DNA of 64,000 bases from Rhizodiscina lignyota (Eukaryota): the NCBI GenBank assembly GCA_010015805.1, contig ML978134.1, forward strand, positions 496,001-560,000, given 5' to 3'. Numbering within the stretch: the stretch's first letter is position 1; each line of letters starts with the position of its first letter. The notes under the pieces are model-generated. The model was given only the letters and a program-made list of their open reading frames with translations. It was not told the origin of the DNA and did no database searches. Both the position numbers and the translations under genes were made by a program. This document shows positions 46,375 to 59,751 of the stretch, one piece after another.

Positions 46375-47404
46375 TGATGGAGGACTACACATCCATTAGA
46401 ACTCTGTATGATACCAATTCATTTGCTAGAGTATAGGAAGAGATGCTCATGATCGAAATACGTTCGGCTCGATTTCCCCCATGATTCGCATCCAAATGCA
46501 CCGCTTCCGTCCATTTGCGAATGGTCAGTCTATGGTCAATCCTTCTGCTTGTCTCTTGTGTCAAAAGGGCCGTCATTCTCGCAGTCAGCTTTGGTATCCA
46601 TCATATCGCATGATGAGATAGATATACACAAGTCTTTCGTCGTTTTAGATCATCCTCGCATCATACATCGTCGCATCTCATTGTATCGTACCGGCAATCC
46701 TTGAAGGGGACAGATATTCACGAGGCAAATAAGATAAGGTGACTTTACTCGAGTGTATGGGTCGCCAAGCGACTTGTGGGGCCTAGCAATCATTATTAAG
46801 CTCACTTATTCGCGAAAGTCAAATAATTTCCATGCAAAATGTTCCACCGTCCATTTGAGTCTCCCATTGGAAAGTGTTGTACGCGACTGCAAGAGTATAG
46901 ATTCCTATTCTACAAGCGATGAATAGATTCTACGCGTTATATTGTTCAGGTTGAGCGTACCGCAAGTGTTAAGCCTATTTAGCTTCGTTGCGACCGCAAT
47001 CTCCTTGTGGTAGGTGGAGATGGTACCAAAGTTAAGTAGGGTAGGCACCTAAAAGTAGGTAGGTCTGGGTGCGGAATAGTATTGAAGATTTTAGGAAGTA
47101 GTGAATTTTTACTTAAAACCACAGGCATTAGGGAAGGTTTCTCGACCACTCGAGCATCTTCCTTCTTCTCATGTTAAAACACGTCTCCTTGCTGTGAAGC
47201 GCTCATAATGGTGAAAACACTCCTCCTTGAGCAGTATCGTTGCTGATTGGTCAGAGGCTAGTACGCTAACCTATCTTGCTCTAGGGCCATTTCATAACAA
47301 ATAGTTCTTGGCATCAAATATGATCTTTGCGCGTTTGCATTTCTTCATCGCACTCAACGCACACCGCTTTCTTGCGCAAGTGCGTTTCTGGAGATATATT
47401 CACG

Positions 47405-50400
47405 ATGACAAGTCTCAAAAGGTCCTACGATGCTGGTCTGAGTGCTTCGAGTCTTTCTAACAAAGTATACGTGAGAACGACGAGAAGCGGCAAGGTCCAA
47501 AAGATCGTAAGAGAGCTCTATCTAAGGCAAGACATACCGTGTTCTTCAAGACTCTGCAAAGTCTGCTTGTCAGCTGCACCAACAGACTACCACCAGAAAG
47601 GTAAACTGGAAACTCAGAGAATGTTGTTGCGCGTCGCTAACACAACTCAGTTGCCCCTTTCATTTTGTCGGATGCTCCAAAGAAAGCCAAGGCATTCCCA
47701 AGTGGCCACTACATTGTCCCGGACACGAATGCTTTCCTCACTGGTATGGACCTCTTTGAAGTTGAGACGGCCTTTCACGACGTCATCGTTCTGCAAACCG
47801 TGCTGGAAGAGGTCAAGAACCGATCTTTGCCCCTCTATCACCGGCTCATCAGCTTGACGAAGAACGAAGACAAGCGATTCTTTGTGTTCTTCAACGACTT
47901 TCGTCTGGAGACTTACGTCGTCCGAGATCATGGAGAATCTATCAACGACCGCAATGACCGAGCTGTACGTAAGGCTGTGTCTTGGTATGCCGAGCACCTC
48001 CAGAAGTCAGTCTCGGCTCGATCGAAGACGGCAAAGGCCCCGACGATCGTTATGATCAGTGACGACAAGGAAAATTTGCGCAAAGCTAAAGTCGAGGGTA
48101 TCTCGGCGCTCTCCTTATCCGAATATGTTTCTGGCCTGGACAATGCAGATCAACTACTCGATATGGTTGATGAAGGAAGAGAGCAGCGCGACATTAGGAG
48201 TGGAAAGCCACAGCTATTCTACCCTGAATATTATTCGCTCTCGAAGATGCTTACGGGCGTTAAAGCCGGCACGATGCACCAAGGAATCTTCAATGTCTCC
48301 ACGTACAATTATCTTGAGGGCTCTGTACATGTCCCAGCATTTGACCGATCACTCCTGATCCTTGGTCGAGAGAACAGCAACCGAGCCGTTTCGGGAGATA
48401 TCGTTGTAGTCGAAGTTTTACCGAAGGATCAGTGGAAAGCCCCGTCATCCAAAGTCATTGAAGAAGAAGACGTCAACAAAGACGATAACCCTGATGAGGA
48501 AGAAAGCGAATCCGTTATTACAGAGCGCGAGCGAAAAGCTCTGCAGGAGGAAGTGAGGCGAGTACATGGCAAGAGTGTGGAAGGAAGGGCACAGCCAACA
48601 GCTCGCATCGTTGGCGTCATCAAGCGTAACTGGAGGCAATACGTCGGACATGTTGATCGAGATTCTGTCAGGTCAACAGGGAAGCAAAGCCGCTCGCAGC
48701 AGACTGTATTTCTCATCCCGATGGATAAGAAAATCCCGAAGATCCGGGTTCGGACTCGCCAAGCGGGGGAGCTTCTGGGCAAGCGCGTACTCGTTACAAT
48801 AGATTCCTGGGATCGGGAGTCACGATACCCTGTGGGACACTTTGTTCGTTCGCTTGGAGAACTCGAATCCAAAGGAGCGGAGACTGAGGCTTTACTCTTG
48901 GAGTGGGATGTCCAATACCGACCATTTCCAAAGACTGTCCTTGATTGTCTACCAACAGAGGGCCATGACTGGAAAGTGCCGGCCAGCGCTGACGACCCTG
49001 GCTGGGTAAACCGACGCGACCTCCGAGACTTACTCGTGTGTAGCATCGACCCCCCGGGATGCGTCGACATTGACGATGCCCTTCATGCTCGAAAACTGCC
49101 AAACGGAAATTTTCAAGTTGGTGTGCATATCGCAGACGTGTCGCATTTTGTCAAGCCGAACAATGCAATGGACAAGGAGGCTAGCATGCGCGGAACAACT
49201 GTTTACTTGGTGGACAAGCGCATCGACATGCTTCCCATGCTACTCGGGACAGACTTGTGCTCATTGAAACCTTACGTCGAGCGCTACGCCTTTTCTGTCA
49301 TTTGGGAGATAACACCAGACGCAGACATAGTGTCGTCAGATTTCACAAAATCAGTGATACGCTCACGCGAGGCTTTCAGCTACGAGCAAGCACAGATTCG
49401 AATCGACGACAAGTCGCAGACGGATGATCTCACCGCAGGCATGCGGACTCTACTAATGTTGTCAAAGAAGCTTCGACAGAAGCGTATGGATGCCGGAGCG
49501 CTCAACCTGGCAAGTCCTGAAGTCAAAGTCCAGACTGAATCGGAGACTTCAGATCCGATGGACGTGCAGACGAAGCAGCTCCTTGACACCAATTCCCTTG
49601 TTGAGGAGTTTATGCTCCTCGCCAACATTAGTGTAGCGAGCAAGATCTACTCTGCGTTTCCCCAGACCGCGCTGCTTCGCCGCCATGCAGCGCCCCCCAA
49701 GACAAACTTCGAAGAGCTTGCAAACCAACTCAAAGTCAAGAAAGGACTGGAGCTTCGGGTAGACTCCTCCAAGGCGCTTGCAGACTCTCTCGATACATGC
49801 GTCGAGCCCGCTGAACCTTTCTTCAACACGCTCATCCGTATTTTGGCCACGCGTTGCATGATGTCCGCAGAGTACTTTTGCGCCGGCACCCAGTCATATC
49901 CTGAATTCCGACATTATGGACTCGCGAGCGAAATCTATACTCACTTCACAAGTCCTATCCGTCGGTATGCCGATTTGGAGGCCCACAGGCAGCTTGCTTC
50001 TGCAATTGACTACGAGCCGCTAGATGCGAGTCTGCAAAGCAAAGCGAAGCTCGAGGCCGTTTGCAAGAACATCAATGTTCGGCATCGCAATGCACAGATG
50101 GCTGGGAGAGCGAGCGTGGAGTACTACGTTGGGCAGGCGTTGAAGGGGCGGGTGGTGGATGAAGAAGGCTTTGTCATGAAGGTGTTTTCGAACGGCTTCG
50201 TGGTGTTCGTGCCGAGATTCGGTATCGAGAGTCTCATACGGTTGCGGGATCTTGGAACGCCAGAGCCCGAGGGGAGTTTCGATGCCGAGAACTATGTTCT
50301 GACGGTGACGGGGTCAAGGAACGTGAAGGTTGAGTTGTTCCAGAAAGTCAAAGTGAGGATCAGCGATGAGCAGGAGGAGTCGACAGGGAAGAGGAAAGTC

Positions 50401-50418
50401 AAATTCGCTCTTGTGTAA
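47405..50418 (+). CDS. DIS3: Exosome catalytic subunit Dis3/Rrp44, 2 exons
   Basis: VRELYLRQDIPCS, PIN motifs VPDTN and ESINDRNDRAVR, RNB motifs SIDPPGCVDIDDALH and YTHFTSPIRRYAD; intron about 47600-47650. Confidence 0.97.
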
Positions 50419-51443
50419 GATTAGAGATTTGGAGACGGCTTTGCGCGGTCTGTTAAATTCTGCCTTTCCTGAAACCATGCAGAGGCTTTCGAGTTTCCGA
50501 CAATGCGGAGGTTATGAATATATCGTGCCCTTTAGCAACCTTCCCCTTAACACTCACGAGAGCGACAAAATAGTTGAGTCCGATTGCCGGACGCCCATAG
50601 TAAGAACAAGTTTTGTTCTTCTACACGGACGAGAACGTCTAAAAGGTCAGCTAGATATACACTAGATTATTATTTATCTAAAATCGTGGCTTCAGCGTGC
50701 ATGATCTGTGTTAACTAACGCGCATGTGTATCTCGCAGTGAGCCATATTGTAGTCACGATTCAACTTCCAGTTTTTGTCACCCACTTTGACACCGAAAGC
50801 CATTATACTGCATCTTCCGAACACCAAAACCATCTGATTTGGACTACGATTAACACTCATCAGTAACATGCTTCTTGGTTCTAATTTTGAAGCACTCATG
50901 GGGCATGGCTCTGGATGTAGACGGACAGCCCATCTGGACAAATATCGGGCGTCTTGTGGCTCTCCCGACTCATGAATCGAACTGCCTCTGCTCGAGAGTG
51001 TCTACAGCTCGTAACTCGGAGGGTGCTCGTATTCGCTGTTTGTCGCTGCGTAACTTGATTTATCCATAGTATTGTACGACGTATCAAGGTTCCCTGTCGA
51101 GGTAGGTGTGGTGTGTCGAAGTCATGACTAGGAGTTCTGATGGGAACGTGGAGCATAAATGGCTGTTGGAACCATCTCTTGAGAGACGTGTTTCGGGATG
51201 TGGGGGGCAGTGGAGAAGATGCAACGAGCTGGAAAGAGAATTGAGGAAGTCTAAGTGAAACGAGTGCTTTTGTACCACAAGCTTTTGCCTTGTTTATACT
51301 TGTGGTGAACGACTAGCAACACGCTTCCAACGAGCTCATGAGCAAAACCGTCGAGCGAAACCTCTATAAGTGTGGCTTCCACGGCTCAACTGGCCACCAA
51401 GGATCCCCTGGCTGTCTACAAAGTGTTCCTTATCTGAATCTCT

Positions 51444-53787
51444 TCACTGCGCTTGTACAACACCTGCTTCATTCGCTTGCGCCGTGATTCTCCTCTTGTA
51501 GTCATTCACCGTTCCACCGAAGTGCTCTATGGTTCCCTTATCGCAGACCCACAAAGCCGTGCACACGTTCTGCAACATCGTGACGTCGTGACTGACCATC
51601 AACACGCCACCCTGGAACCTCTGCAGCGCTTCCGAAAGCGCATCCATGGCCTCGATATCGAGATGATTCGAAGGTTCGTCGAGGACCAGGATATGCGGGT
51701 TCGTGAGAGACAAACAAGCGAATGCTACACGGGATTTCTGACCACCAGAGAGGAGCTCCATTTTCTGAAGGCCAGTCATCCCGGTGATACCGAAGGCACC
51801 GAGGTGGCGGCGATACTCTTCGTCCGACTTTCCGTGGTACTTCGCGGCCATGAAGCCGACGGCGGACATGTTGAGATCCAGGGCGTCGACGTGGTGCTGA
51901 GCAAAGAATCCGATGCGTAATCGCGGATTCTGCGAGATCAAGCCGGACGTAGGCTGCAGTGCACCGATGAGAAGCTTCAACGCGGTCGTCTTACCGGCAC
52001 CGTTGGGACCGACGATGCCAATCCGAGAATCGAGCTGAACGTCAAGATCGACATTGCGGAGGAGGATGTTATCCTTCGAATAGCCGAACGAGACGTTGCT
52101 CATCTGGATGATCGGAGGCGATAGCTTCTCTACATCAGGGAATTTGAAATGGACAGAGTACTCTGCTTCCGGTGCTTCCAGCACAGGCATCTTCTCGAGC
52201 TTCTTGATGCGCGATTGAGCTTCTGATGACTTTGCGGCATTGTAACGGAACTTGTCGATGAAGGCTTGGAGATGGGCACGTTGCGCCATTTGGTTCTCGT
52301 ACTCGCGCTTCGCTGTCTTCCTGCGCTCTTCCTTGGTGGCGTAAAAGGAATCGAAGTTAGCGCCTTTGTAATAGTCCAGGCGCTCGGAATGCTGATGTAT
52401 AATGTCGGTTGCGACTTCGTTGAGGAACGCTCGGTCGTGAGAGACGACAAGCACTGTACTTGGGTAGCCTTGCAGATAGTTTGACAAGAACGTAATTGAT
52501 GGGACGTCCAACATGTTCGACGGTTCGTCGAGCAGTAGCAGATCAGGTTCGCAGAAGAGTGCTCGTGCAAGTGCCAGCCTCATTCTCCAACCACCAGAGA
52601 AGGATTTCGTGGGATGCTGTTGACGCTCGGCAGAAAAGCCGAGGCCTGCCAGAATGCTTGCTGCTCGAGACTCGGCCTTGTCGGACTCCATTTCGGCGAG
52701 CTTGGATTGAATGTCGCCTAAGGTGCTGTCGAGGCCTTCCCTTTGCACATCGAGTCTGCCCGCTTCTACTGCCGTATCAGCCATTTGCGAGCGCTCCGCT
52801 TCAAGTTCCGTAAGCTCCTTGGTAATTTTCTGTGACAGAGTCAGTACGGTAGCGGGCAGGCTGATATTCAATCTCAACTAACCTCTTGTTCTCGGAGCAA
52901 ATGCTTTCGCCAAACGTCGGCATCAAGTACGGCTTGGAGTGCCGCTGTGTCATCGCCAGTGATCTAATCATGTTAGTAAAGGGCGCTCAGTATGCGGGAG
53001 GGGGTCGTACCTCTTGCTCGACGTGCAAGATTGAAATGTGTGTAGGAATCGCCACTTCTCTCCTGCTGAGAGCTCTGAGCAAAGTAGATTTACCGATACC
53101 GTTCTGGCCGACAAGACCATATCTCCGCCCGTAGGCAAGTGTCAGGTTCGTGTCAAGGAGAATTCTCTTGCCTGAGATAGACACATCGATACCATCAACT
53201 TTGATATCCTTGCTCTTCGAGGCGGCATCAGATCCCAATTGCAGCGGGTTGACCGCCATGAAAAATTCTTCATATGATTGCGTCTCATCTGGCTGGTTGA
53301 GCAGCCGTGAAGCCTCATATTCGACATTTTTCATAACCTTGCGGTCCTGCTTCGCTCGAATTTTCCGCTCGGCTTTCTCGAGCTTCTTGCGGTCGACTCT
53401 GGACTCGACCTTGCGCGCGTTGGCTGATTCGAGGTCGACGTTGCCTCCTGTCAAGCCCAGCGTCGATGAAATGTTCCGTTGAGATCCCACATGGATGGTC
53501 TGGTCTAATCTCCTGGCCGAACCGGCCATTTGGCGAGTCTCCCCGTCGACTCCATTTGCGGCAGTGAGGCTCTCGAGGAACTTCTCGACCAAGTTGTGAA
53601 CGGCCGTCTCATTCTCACTTGAGAAATCTCCAGAGGCCGAGGTGAGCAGTGCCGTTATACTGGATAGGGCATCCTCCGACCCGTCGGGGCTATAACTGTT
53701 TGCCGCGGTGAACTTCAGGAAGCCGCAGGCGTAATCCGCCACGGTGGCATCTAGCCCTGGAATTTGTGTACGCAGCTCAGCCTCCAT
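51444..53787 (-). CDS. GCN20: ABC-F translational regulator Gcn20, 3 exons
   Basis: Two ABC cassettes (GQNGIGKST..FSGGWRMR..LLDEPSN and GPNGAGKTT..LSGGQKSR), no TM segments, FIDKFRYNA linker and a Gcn20-type N-terminal extension. Confidence 0.93.
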
Positions 53788-56145
53788 ATTAATATTGAAA
53801 GGGAAAAAGGAAGGAGCGAGAAGTGGGATCAACGGCTCCGAGACTGGTCGCAAATCTTGCTGTGTGCTCAGCAGTGTTCGGTTGGTGAGTGCCGTGGGAT
53901 TTTCTCACTGACGCGCCACCTATTGGCCAAGGCGTACAGACGGCTTCGTAATGGGCTTCACCCCCAGCCGCATTGCAACGGGGTGTCAACGCGCTCTTGG
54001 CTCTCGAACATCACGATTCTGGCTCGCATAGTTGAAGAGGTTTCGAGCTTGAACTTAGAGCATAATGCATTTACAAGTACCCAGGCTTGGCTTCGTGGAT
54101 GCAGCTGAAGGTCAGACAGCGCTGAGATGTCGGCATGCCCGTGCGGCGAAGCCGGCCGCGAAACGGACTCTATCGCCAGGAGTGCCTTGCAAGCTGTCAG
54201 GAATAAGGCAACAATGGCAGCATCACGAAACCGCGACGGAGCGCGATGACTGCGGTTTATCACCTTCCTCTGGTGAGCATCAAGGCCTCTGTTTCATTTT
54301 GAGAGGAACATCAGCCGCACAGGCGGCGAGCACACGACATTGGACTCTGCGAAAGCAGCCCTACGTTACCAGCCTACCAGGCAGGCCGGCTGGAAGTGGC
54401 TAGCGGCAATGGGCTCGCGAATCTTGGACGCGTCTAGCGTGAGGGAAACGCGACATCCAGGTCATTTGCAGCGAAGTTGAGATGACGACTCTGCCATGCA
54501 GCCATGCCGCCATTTTGGGCGTGCAGCCGATGGGCGTGCATCTCCACAATTCCACATCTGACCTGATTTCGCACGCGTCGACACGCGCTTGAACTTGCGT
54601 GCGGAAGGCCCTCCGCCGCCTCTTCAGAGGCTGCTTGCTTCTTCATGCCCGGCCATCCCAGCGCGACGCTCCCGTGAAACGCTGGAGCCAACTCGACCGC
54701 GAGCAAACTGGCGAGGCTCAGCATGCCCGCCGTGCAACCAGATCCCACGGCGACAGACATTCGGAGGCGTGCGCCATCGTCCAGTCGCTGTGGTGCAATT
54801 CACGCTGCAAGCGCTTCTGCTTTCGATGTGCCCCTGCGACACCCACGCGAGGCGAGAAAGATGGAGAACCCTGGCGCGTATCTTTTCCCACAATGAAGCA
54901 CCGGTCGGCAGTCTGGCGGCTCTCCAGCAGCGATTGGGCGGCGCACGTCCAGCCTCTGGCGCGTTTCCCCCTCCTCAATGACTGAAGGCCGCGACGGCGC
55001 GAGGCGGACTGAATAACGTCAAACGCCATCCTGGTCGTCTTGCGCGAGAAGGATTCGAGTCTGATCTCACGCAGGTTTGTCATTGGCGTGACACCATCAG
55101 GACTGTGGGCCGCAGCGAGCACGGTGCTATCTCAACACCCGCGCCATTATTTCACGACGTTATTTTACCGGCACAGCTTCTATACATAATATCGGCTGTC
55201 GATCACGACCAGGGTCGCACACGGCGGCCAAATTCGCTTCACGTGGTTGTACGAGCAGCGCGGCGGCGGTGGTACAGTAGGCGGCGGGCAGGCGGTTGGG
55301 CAGTAGATAGCAGAGCAGGTAGTGCGTCGCTCCGTGGCATAATGAGCATTGTCTTGCGGAGGCGGCGAAGGCGAGCTGCAGGCCTACGAAGTGTTGTTTA
55401 CTGTGCGTGCCAATGGCACTATCGCGCCAGAGGCGAGCATTTCCTGGCCTGTCAGTGGTGCGCTTGGCCCGATGCGGCGTGGCGCGGCGTGCACGACACA
55501 ACCTAAAGGCAGGAAGCTTGGACTGGATGAAGTCGAATGGCAGCAAGCCCACAACGAACTTCCGCTCCACTGCGAAAGAGGGGGCGCGGGAGACTTCCTC
55601 GACGCCGCTCGCTCGCACGCTCGCATCTGTCTGAATCTCACAAGAACACCTCCCAACTTGCTACCTGCAGCTGCGGTGCCATCGTGCAGCTCTAGCCCGC
55701 GGCCAGGTCCACCTTGTAAACACCACCGGCCTGCACGCTGCCTCAGTCGCAGCAGCTCGACTTCCCTCCGCGCCTCCACCCAACGCTGCGATGAGGAGGG
55801 CCTATCTCGCTCTCAACTCCGCTCCTTCTTCCTCTTCTCTCCTTCGTCCGCTGCCCCCGCTTGGACAATTATGAAATCCGTCCCTACCGTAAGAGCCCGT
55901 CTGCCGCGTTTGCCCTCGCGTGCCCGTCTCTTGTTGCCATCCTCTCCCGCGTCGTACCCCCGGCCCTCGTCTTCCCCTCATATACTCCTCAATTGCTCCT
56001 CGGGAGCCTCTGAATACATCAGCACTAACTTCTTGTGCCGCAGCTTTGTGCCACTGCAACACTCACAGGCGTGTCCGTCGTTGGCTATGCAATTGGCACC
56101 ACCGACTCGCTGGACGAGGCGCCGTCCCTCCACCCTGACGCGATC

Positions 56146-59100
56146 ATGACCGACCTAGACACTCGACACGCCAATCTAGACATCTCCAGCAGTCCTCTTT
56201 TCCCCAGCTCCTCTTTCTCGAAGCCATCGGCCCGGACCGGCGCGCCGGAGTTTCGCACACCCCCGGTTATGGAGCGTCCATCGAGTCGACGGCTAAGGAG
56301 GATGACGACGGCTGGTTCCATACAACAGAGCTTGGATATGGACAGGACGATGGAAGCGGTCGCGGAGGATGACACTGTTGGCGTTGAACCTCGGATTGCA
56401 CTTCGATCGCGTCCGTCCTGGATGAGGAGATTGTCGAACCTCTCTCCGTCAGGATACTCCACACCATCCACAAATTCTCGACCCGCGTCTGCATCCATGT
56501 CTTTCTCTGCAGGCTCAAACTCTTTCTCACAAGCAGGTTCGACTGTGCCGATCTTTGGGGGTCCACAGAAGCCTTTGCCGCCAAATAAGCTGGTGAAGCG
56601 CTCGTCGTCCTTCCGAGTAGCAAATGGTGCGGTTGGTGTTGAAGGCTCAAGTCGTGGCCCTCTAACGAGCCATCAACGTATGGCAACATTGAGAGCTCGC
56701 CCTGCATCTGCCATGGGCTCCTTGGAATGGACCGAACCGGAGCCATCAAGAGTACGGGAGCAGCAGAGCAAATCGAAATGGCGGCATTATTTCTCCGCGA
56801 TGGTGGTAGGAACAACGTCTGACGGATCGAAATCTCGTGCTACAGATGTGAAGGCTGTAAGGAGGATATTACCTGACGAGAAAGGCCAACCTGTCCTGGT
56901 CATGGCAAAGTCAATTGCGGCGACGAGCGTAGATGTCGACGAGACTCTAAGAATGAGTCATGATGCCGAGAGCTTTATGTTTGGAAGCAGCAGCAGGCCG
57001 ATGACACCAGCTGCATTTGACGATGCCCTCAGCTCGCGGGTTTCGACTGCTCCTTCCAAGCGCAGCAGGCCTGGAGCCGACTCTACAACCGATGAGGTGC
57101 GCCCTCGACGCTCCTTCTCGATTAGTGACCTACTTTCAAGAGGCCCTTCCTCCAAGAAGTCGAGCTCAAATGCTTCTTTCGGGGACAAGTTCCTGAGAAG
57201 AGGAAGAAGGATATCTTCCGCTCCAACTCGGCTGATGACGACCAGGCAGTCCATCGAACTGCAACACGATCGAGAAAGGCCATCGAAACGCCGCGATATA
57301 ACTGAACCTTCGAACACGACAATCCCACCACCTTCCACTGGTGACTCTCAGCGCTCCGGGGGCTTTGGTCTCCCCGTTGGTACACCACTTTCGCCTCTGG
57401 TAACTCCCTCTCCTCCTAAAAACATCTCAGCAGCGTTGCTTATTGATGAGAAGACTACACTTGTTCATGAGGATTTATTCCATGCTCCTGACCATTCTCC
57501 ACTTGCTTCCAAGGTGCCTTCAGCGATGGCAGGTCGATATTCGAAACACCGTATACGCACGTCAGTGTCACATTCTGAACAAGCATCGACAATTGGCGGA
57601 TCTGATGTTGAGACTAGAGGCATGAGTTCAGGCGACGACGACGACACGGACATGACGAGCGATACCGTTTTCGATTCTGTGCGAACTCGTGCAACAAGAA
57701 GCACGTCTGGCGCGGGCGCAAGGGGGCCGCGCATCGAGACCATATTCGATGAATCACCACCTCATAAAAGCTTACAGCTGTCGCTCTCGAAAGTTCAAGA
57801 CCAATTTCCTGATAAAATTTTGACCGACCTTGACATTGGAGCAACTTCATGGCACGAGAATGAGGCAATCTCCACGCCTACTGCTGGTAAAAGTGGGTCT
57901 GGGGATGGTCTGGGCGCAGCTTCACTCCGCGACATTGAAAAGTCCCCCGCGCGCTCGTCTCACTTTCACTCGTCCCCGCCCGACTTTTCTCACTTAACAT
58001 TGAGTGAAAAGCAACGCACACAGCAAGGTCAAGGTGAGGATATGGAATGGTCTTATGACGATTCAGAGCCCGAAAGTATGCGAGCATCTGCTACTGAAGA
58101 TGAAGCAGACGGCATAGAGTACGAGCGAGTTGCGACGCCTCTCTCAATTCATCGCAGCAATCCCACTTTGGTCGACACTAGCTCTAGCTCAACCGCGGCT
58201 ACGCCACAAAACTGCATCGGCCCAGCACCGTCGCAAGCTGGACGAGGGAGTGCCACAAGGAACAGCGCTTTTGATTGGAGCGAGCCAACCGACACATCTC
58301 CTCGCAATCGCACGCCTCCACGTCCCAAAACTGTCCACGGAAAGAGGCAACCTGGTCCACGAGGTAGTCGCTCTATTGGCCGTCGAGCACCAAGCTCTCT
58401 ACACACTCGCAGTCAAAGCGTACCTGTAGTGCCAGACATGAACGGCAAGCGAGAATCACCGGTTGGGAACAAGTTCGGCACTTGGGGCGCAGGCCAAATC
58501 GAAATCGAAGAATGGGACGATGACGACTTTGACTTCGCAGGAGCTGAGCAGAGACGCGTAGACAGCGGCACGAGTATATTCGTTCCTCAAGTCATCCGAG
58601 ACCAGCAAGATACGGTGAACAATGCTAGAGGCCTACTCTACGAATGGCTACGTCTTGTTGCGCAACTCAAAGCTATCGACGGACACGCTTCACGTCTGCG
58701 CATCACTAACGGACCGGATGCGGAAACTTTCCGGAAAGTCAAGGCTGTCATTGCGCTATCCGACGAGAACTTACCAGGAGCTTCAATTCCACCACCATTA
58801 TCGACGGGCTCATCCCCAAGTGTGAAATCCGACATTGTCGAGGAGGAGCCAAGCGTAGCTTCACTCGCGGCGTCACTTGAAGACAAGTTGCGGCTCAAAG
58901 CGGGATCCTCGTCTAGCGCCGGATTAAGCGAGCCAATCATGCAGATGGCGTCTGCAGCCCGCAACAGACGCAAATCTGTACTACCTTCGAACAGCGCAAT
59001 TTTCTCACCGCCTGCGCAAGCTTCTGGATCCATTGCTGCAGTTTTCGAAGACGAAATCTCCCCTGCAGGAAATATTCAGGAGACGTCTGTGCTCACTTCG

Positions 59101-59751
59101 TCCAAGGATGCCTCTGTCTCGGCCGCAAAAGTGCTTATCGAGCAGATCCAGAATACGCCTGTGACACCGCAATCATGGAAACGTGGTGGCTTTCGGACAC
59201 CAGAGAAGCCTGTGCTTGCATCGACCAAGGAGGACTTCGAAGTGACCACAACAGCGATCGTTGAGAATGTCCATGCTCTACCGGAGCCGTTCACAGCTGG
59301 CAACCTATCGACGCAAGAGACATCTGCTCTCGCGTCGCCCAAGGAAAACTCCGAGGCAACCGCAGATGTTGAACCAATCCAGAGCAACCATGCGGTGCCG
59401 AGACCGTCGACGCCTGTGTCCTTTCCAACGCAAGCGGAAGCGAACAAGGCGCCGTTCGACGCAGAAGCGCTCCGCTACCTCGTTCCATTCGTTCGCGATA
59501 TCCTAAGCAAGGCCAAAGATGCTGTTCGGATGGAAGAGGCGCTGTACAATAGCCCGAACGTCTCTCCAAAGGTACCACTCGAAGTGGACCTTGCTCAGTT
59601 CAAACGAGCCCCACCAGATGGCTCGCCTTCCGTTGCGCGCGGTCGTCGAGTATCACGCAACGCCATGATGATGGAGACGAGCGATACGCAGGGCCTACAG
59701 ACTCCAGAGAAGGAACTTACCACGCAGTTGAAGTTGATGACGGTAATGTGA
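56146..59751 (+). CDS. Large Ser/Pro-rich, mostly disordered protein of unknown function (about 1200 aa)
   Basis: Uninterrupted 3.6-kb ORF; first in-frame ATG at 56146; motif-like islands PPNKLVKR, RPKTVHGK, HTRSQSVP, KFGTWG and EEWDDDDFDF. Confidence 0.8.
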   Translation: MTDLDTRHANLDISSSPLFPSSSFSKPSARTGAPEFRTPPVMERPSSRRLRRMTTAGSIQQSLDMDRTMEAVAEDDTVGVEPRIALRSRPSWMRRLSNLSPSGYSTPSTNSRPASASMSFSAGSNSFSQAGSTVPIFGGPQKPLPPNKLVKRSSSFRVANGAVGVEGSSRGPLTSHQRMATLRARPASAMGSLEWTEPEPSRVREQQSKSKWRHYFSAMVVGTTSDGSKSRATDVKAVRRILPDEKGQPVLVMAKSIAATSVDVDETLRMSHDAESFMFGSSSRPMTPAAFDDALSSRVSTAPSKRSRPGADSTTDEVRPRRSFSISDLLSRGPSSKKSSSNASFGDKFLRRGRRISSAPTRLMTTRQSIELQHDRERPSKRRDITEPSNTTIPPPSTGDSQRSGGFGLPVGTPLSPLVTPSPPKNISAALLIDEKTTLVHEDLFHAPDHSPLASKVPSAMAGRYSKHRIRTSVSHSEQASTIGGSDVETRGMSSGDDDDTDMTSDTVFDSVRTRATRSTSGAGARGPRIETIFDESPPHKSLQLSLSKVQDQFPDKILTDLDIGATSWHENEAISTPTAGKSGSGDGLGAASLRDIEKSPARSSHFHSSPPDFSHLTLSEKQRTQQGQGEDMEWSYDDSEPESMRASATEDEADGIEYERVATPLSIHRSNPTLVDTSSSSTAATPQNCIGPAPSQAGRGSATRNSAFDWSEPTDTSPRNRTPPRPKTVHGKRQPGPRGSRSIGRRAPSSLHTRSQSVPVVPDMNGKRESPVGNKFGTWGAGQIEIEEWDDDDFDFAGAEQRRVDSGTSIFVPQVIRDQQDTVNNARGLLYEWLRLVAQLKAIDGHASRLRITNGPDAETFRKVKAVIALSDENLPGASIPPPLSTGSSPSVKSDIVEEEPSVASLAASLEDKLRLKAGSSSSAGLSEPIMQMASAARNRRKSVLPSNSAIFSPPAQASGSIAAVFEDEISPAGNIQETSVLTSSKDASVSAAKVLIEQIQNTPVTPQSWKRGGFRTPEKPVLASTKEDFEVTTTAIVENVHALPEPFTAGNLSTQETSALASPKENSEATADVEPIQSNHAVPRPSTPVSFPTQAEANKAPFDAEALRYLVPFVRDILSKAKDAVRMEEALYNSPNVSPKVPLEVDLAQFKRAPPDGSPSVARGRRVSRNAMMMETSDTQGLQTPEKELTTQLKLMTVM

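Noticed and set aside
46400..47300. AT-richer spacer with short GTAGG repeats as a transposon relic or RNA gene
   Set aside because: No terminal repeats, cloverleaf or coding remnant could be identified.
50660..51300. Two adjacent minus-strand ORFs between DIS3 and GCN20
   Set aside because: I could not join them with a canonical intron and saw no motifs.
53900..56100. ORFs up to 266 aa upstream of the large disordered protein
   Set aside because: Low-information GC-rich frames overlapping on both strands; treated as promoter/5' UTR.
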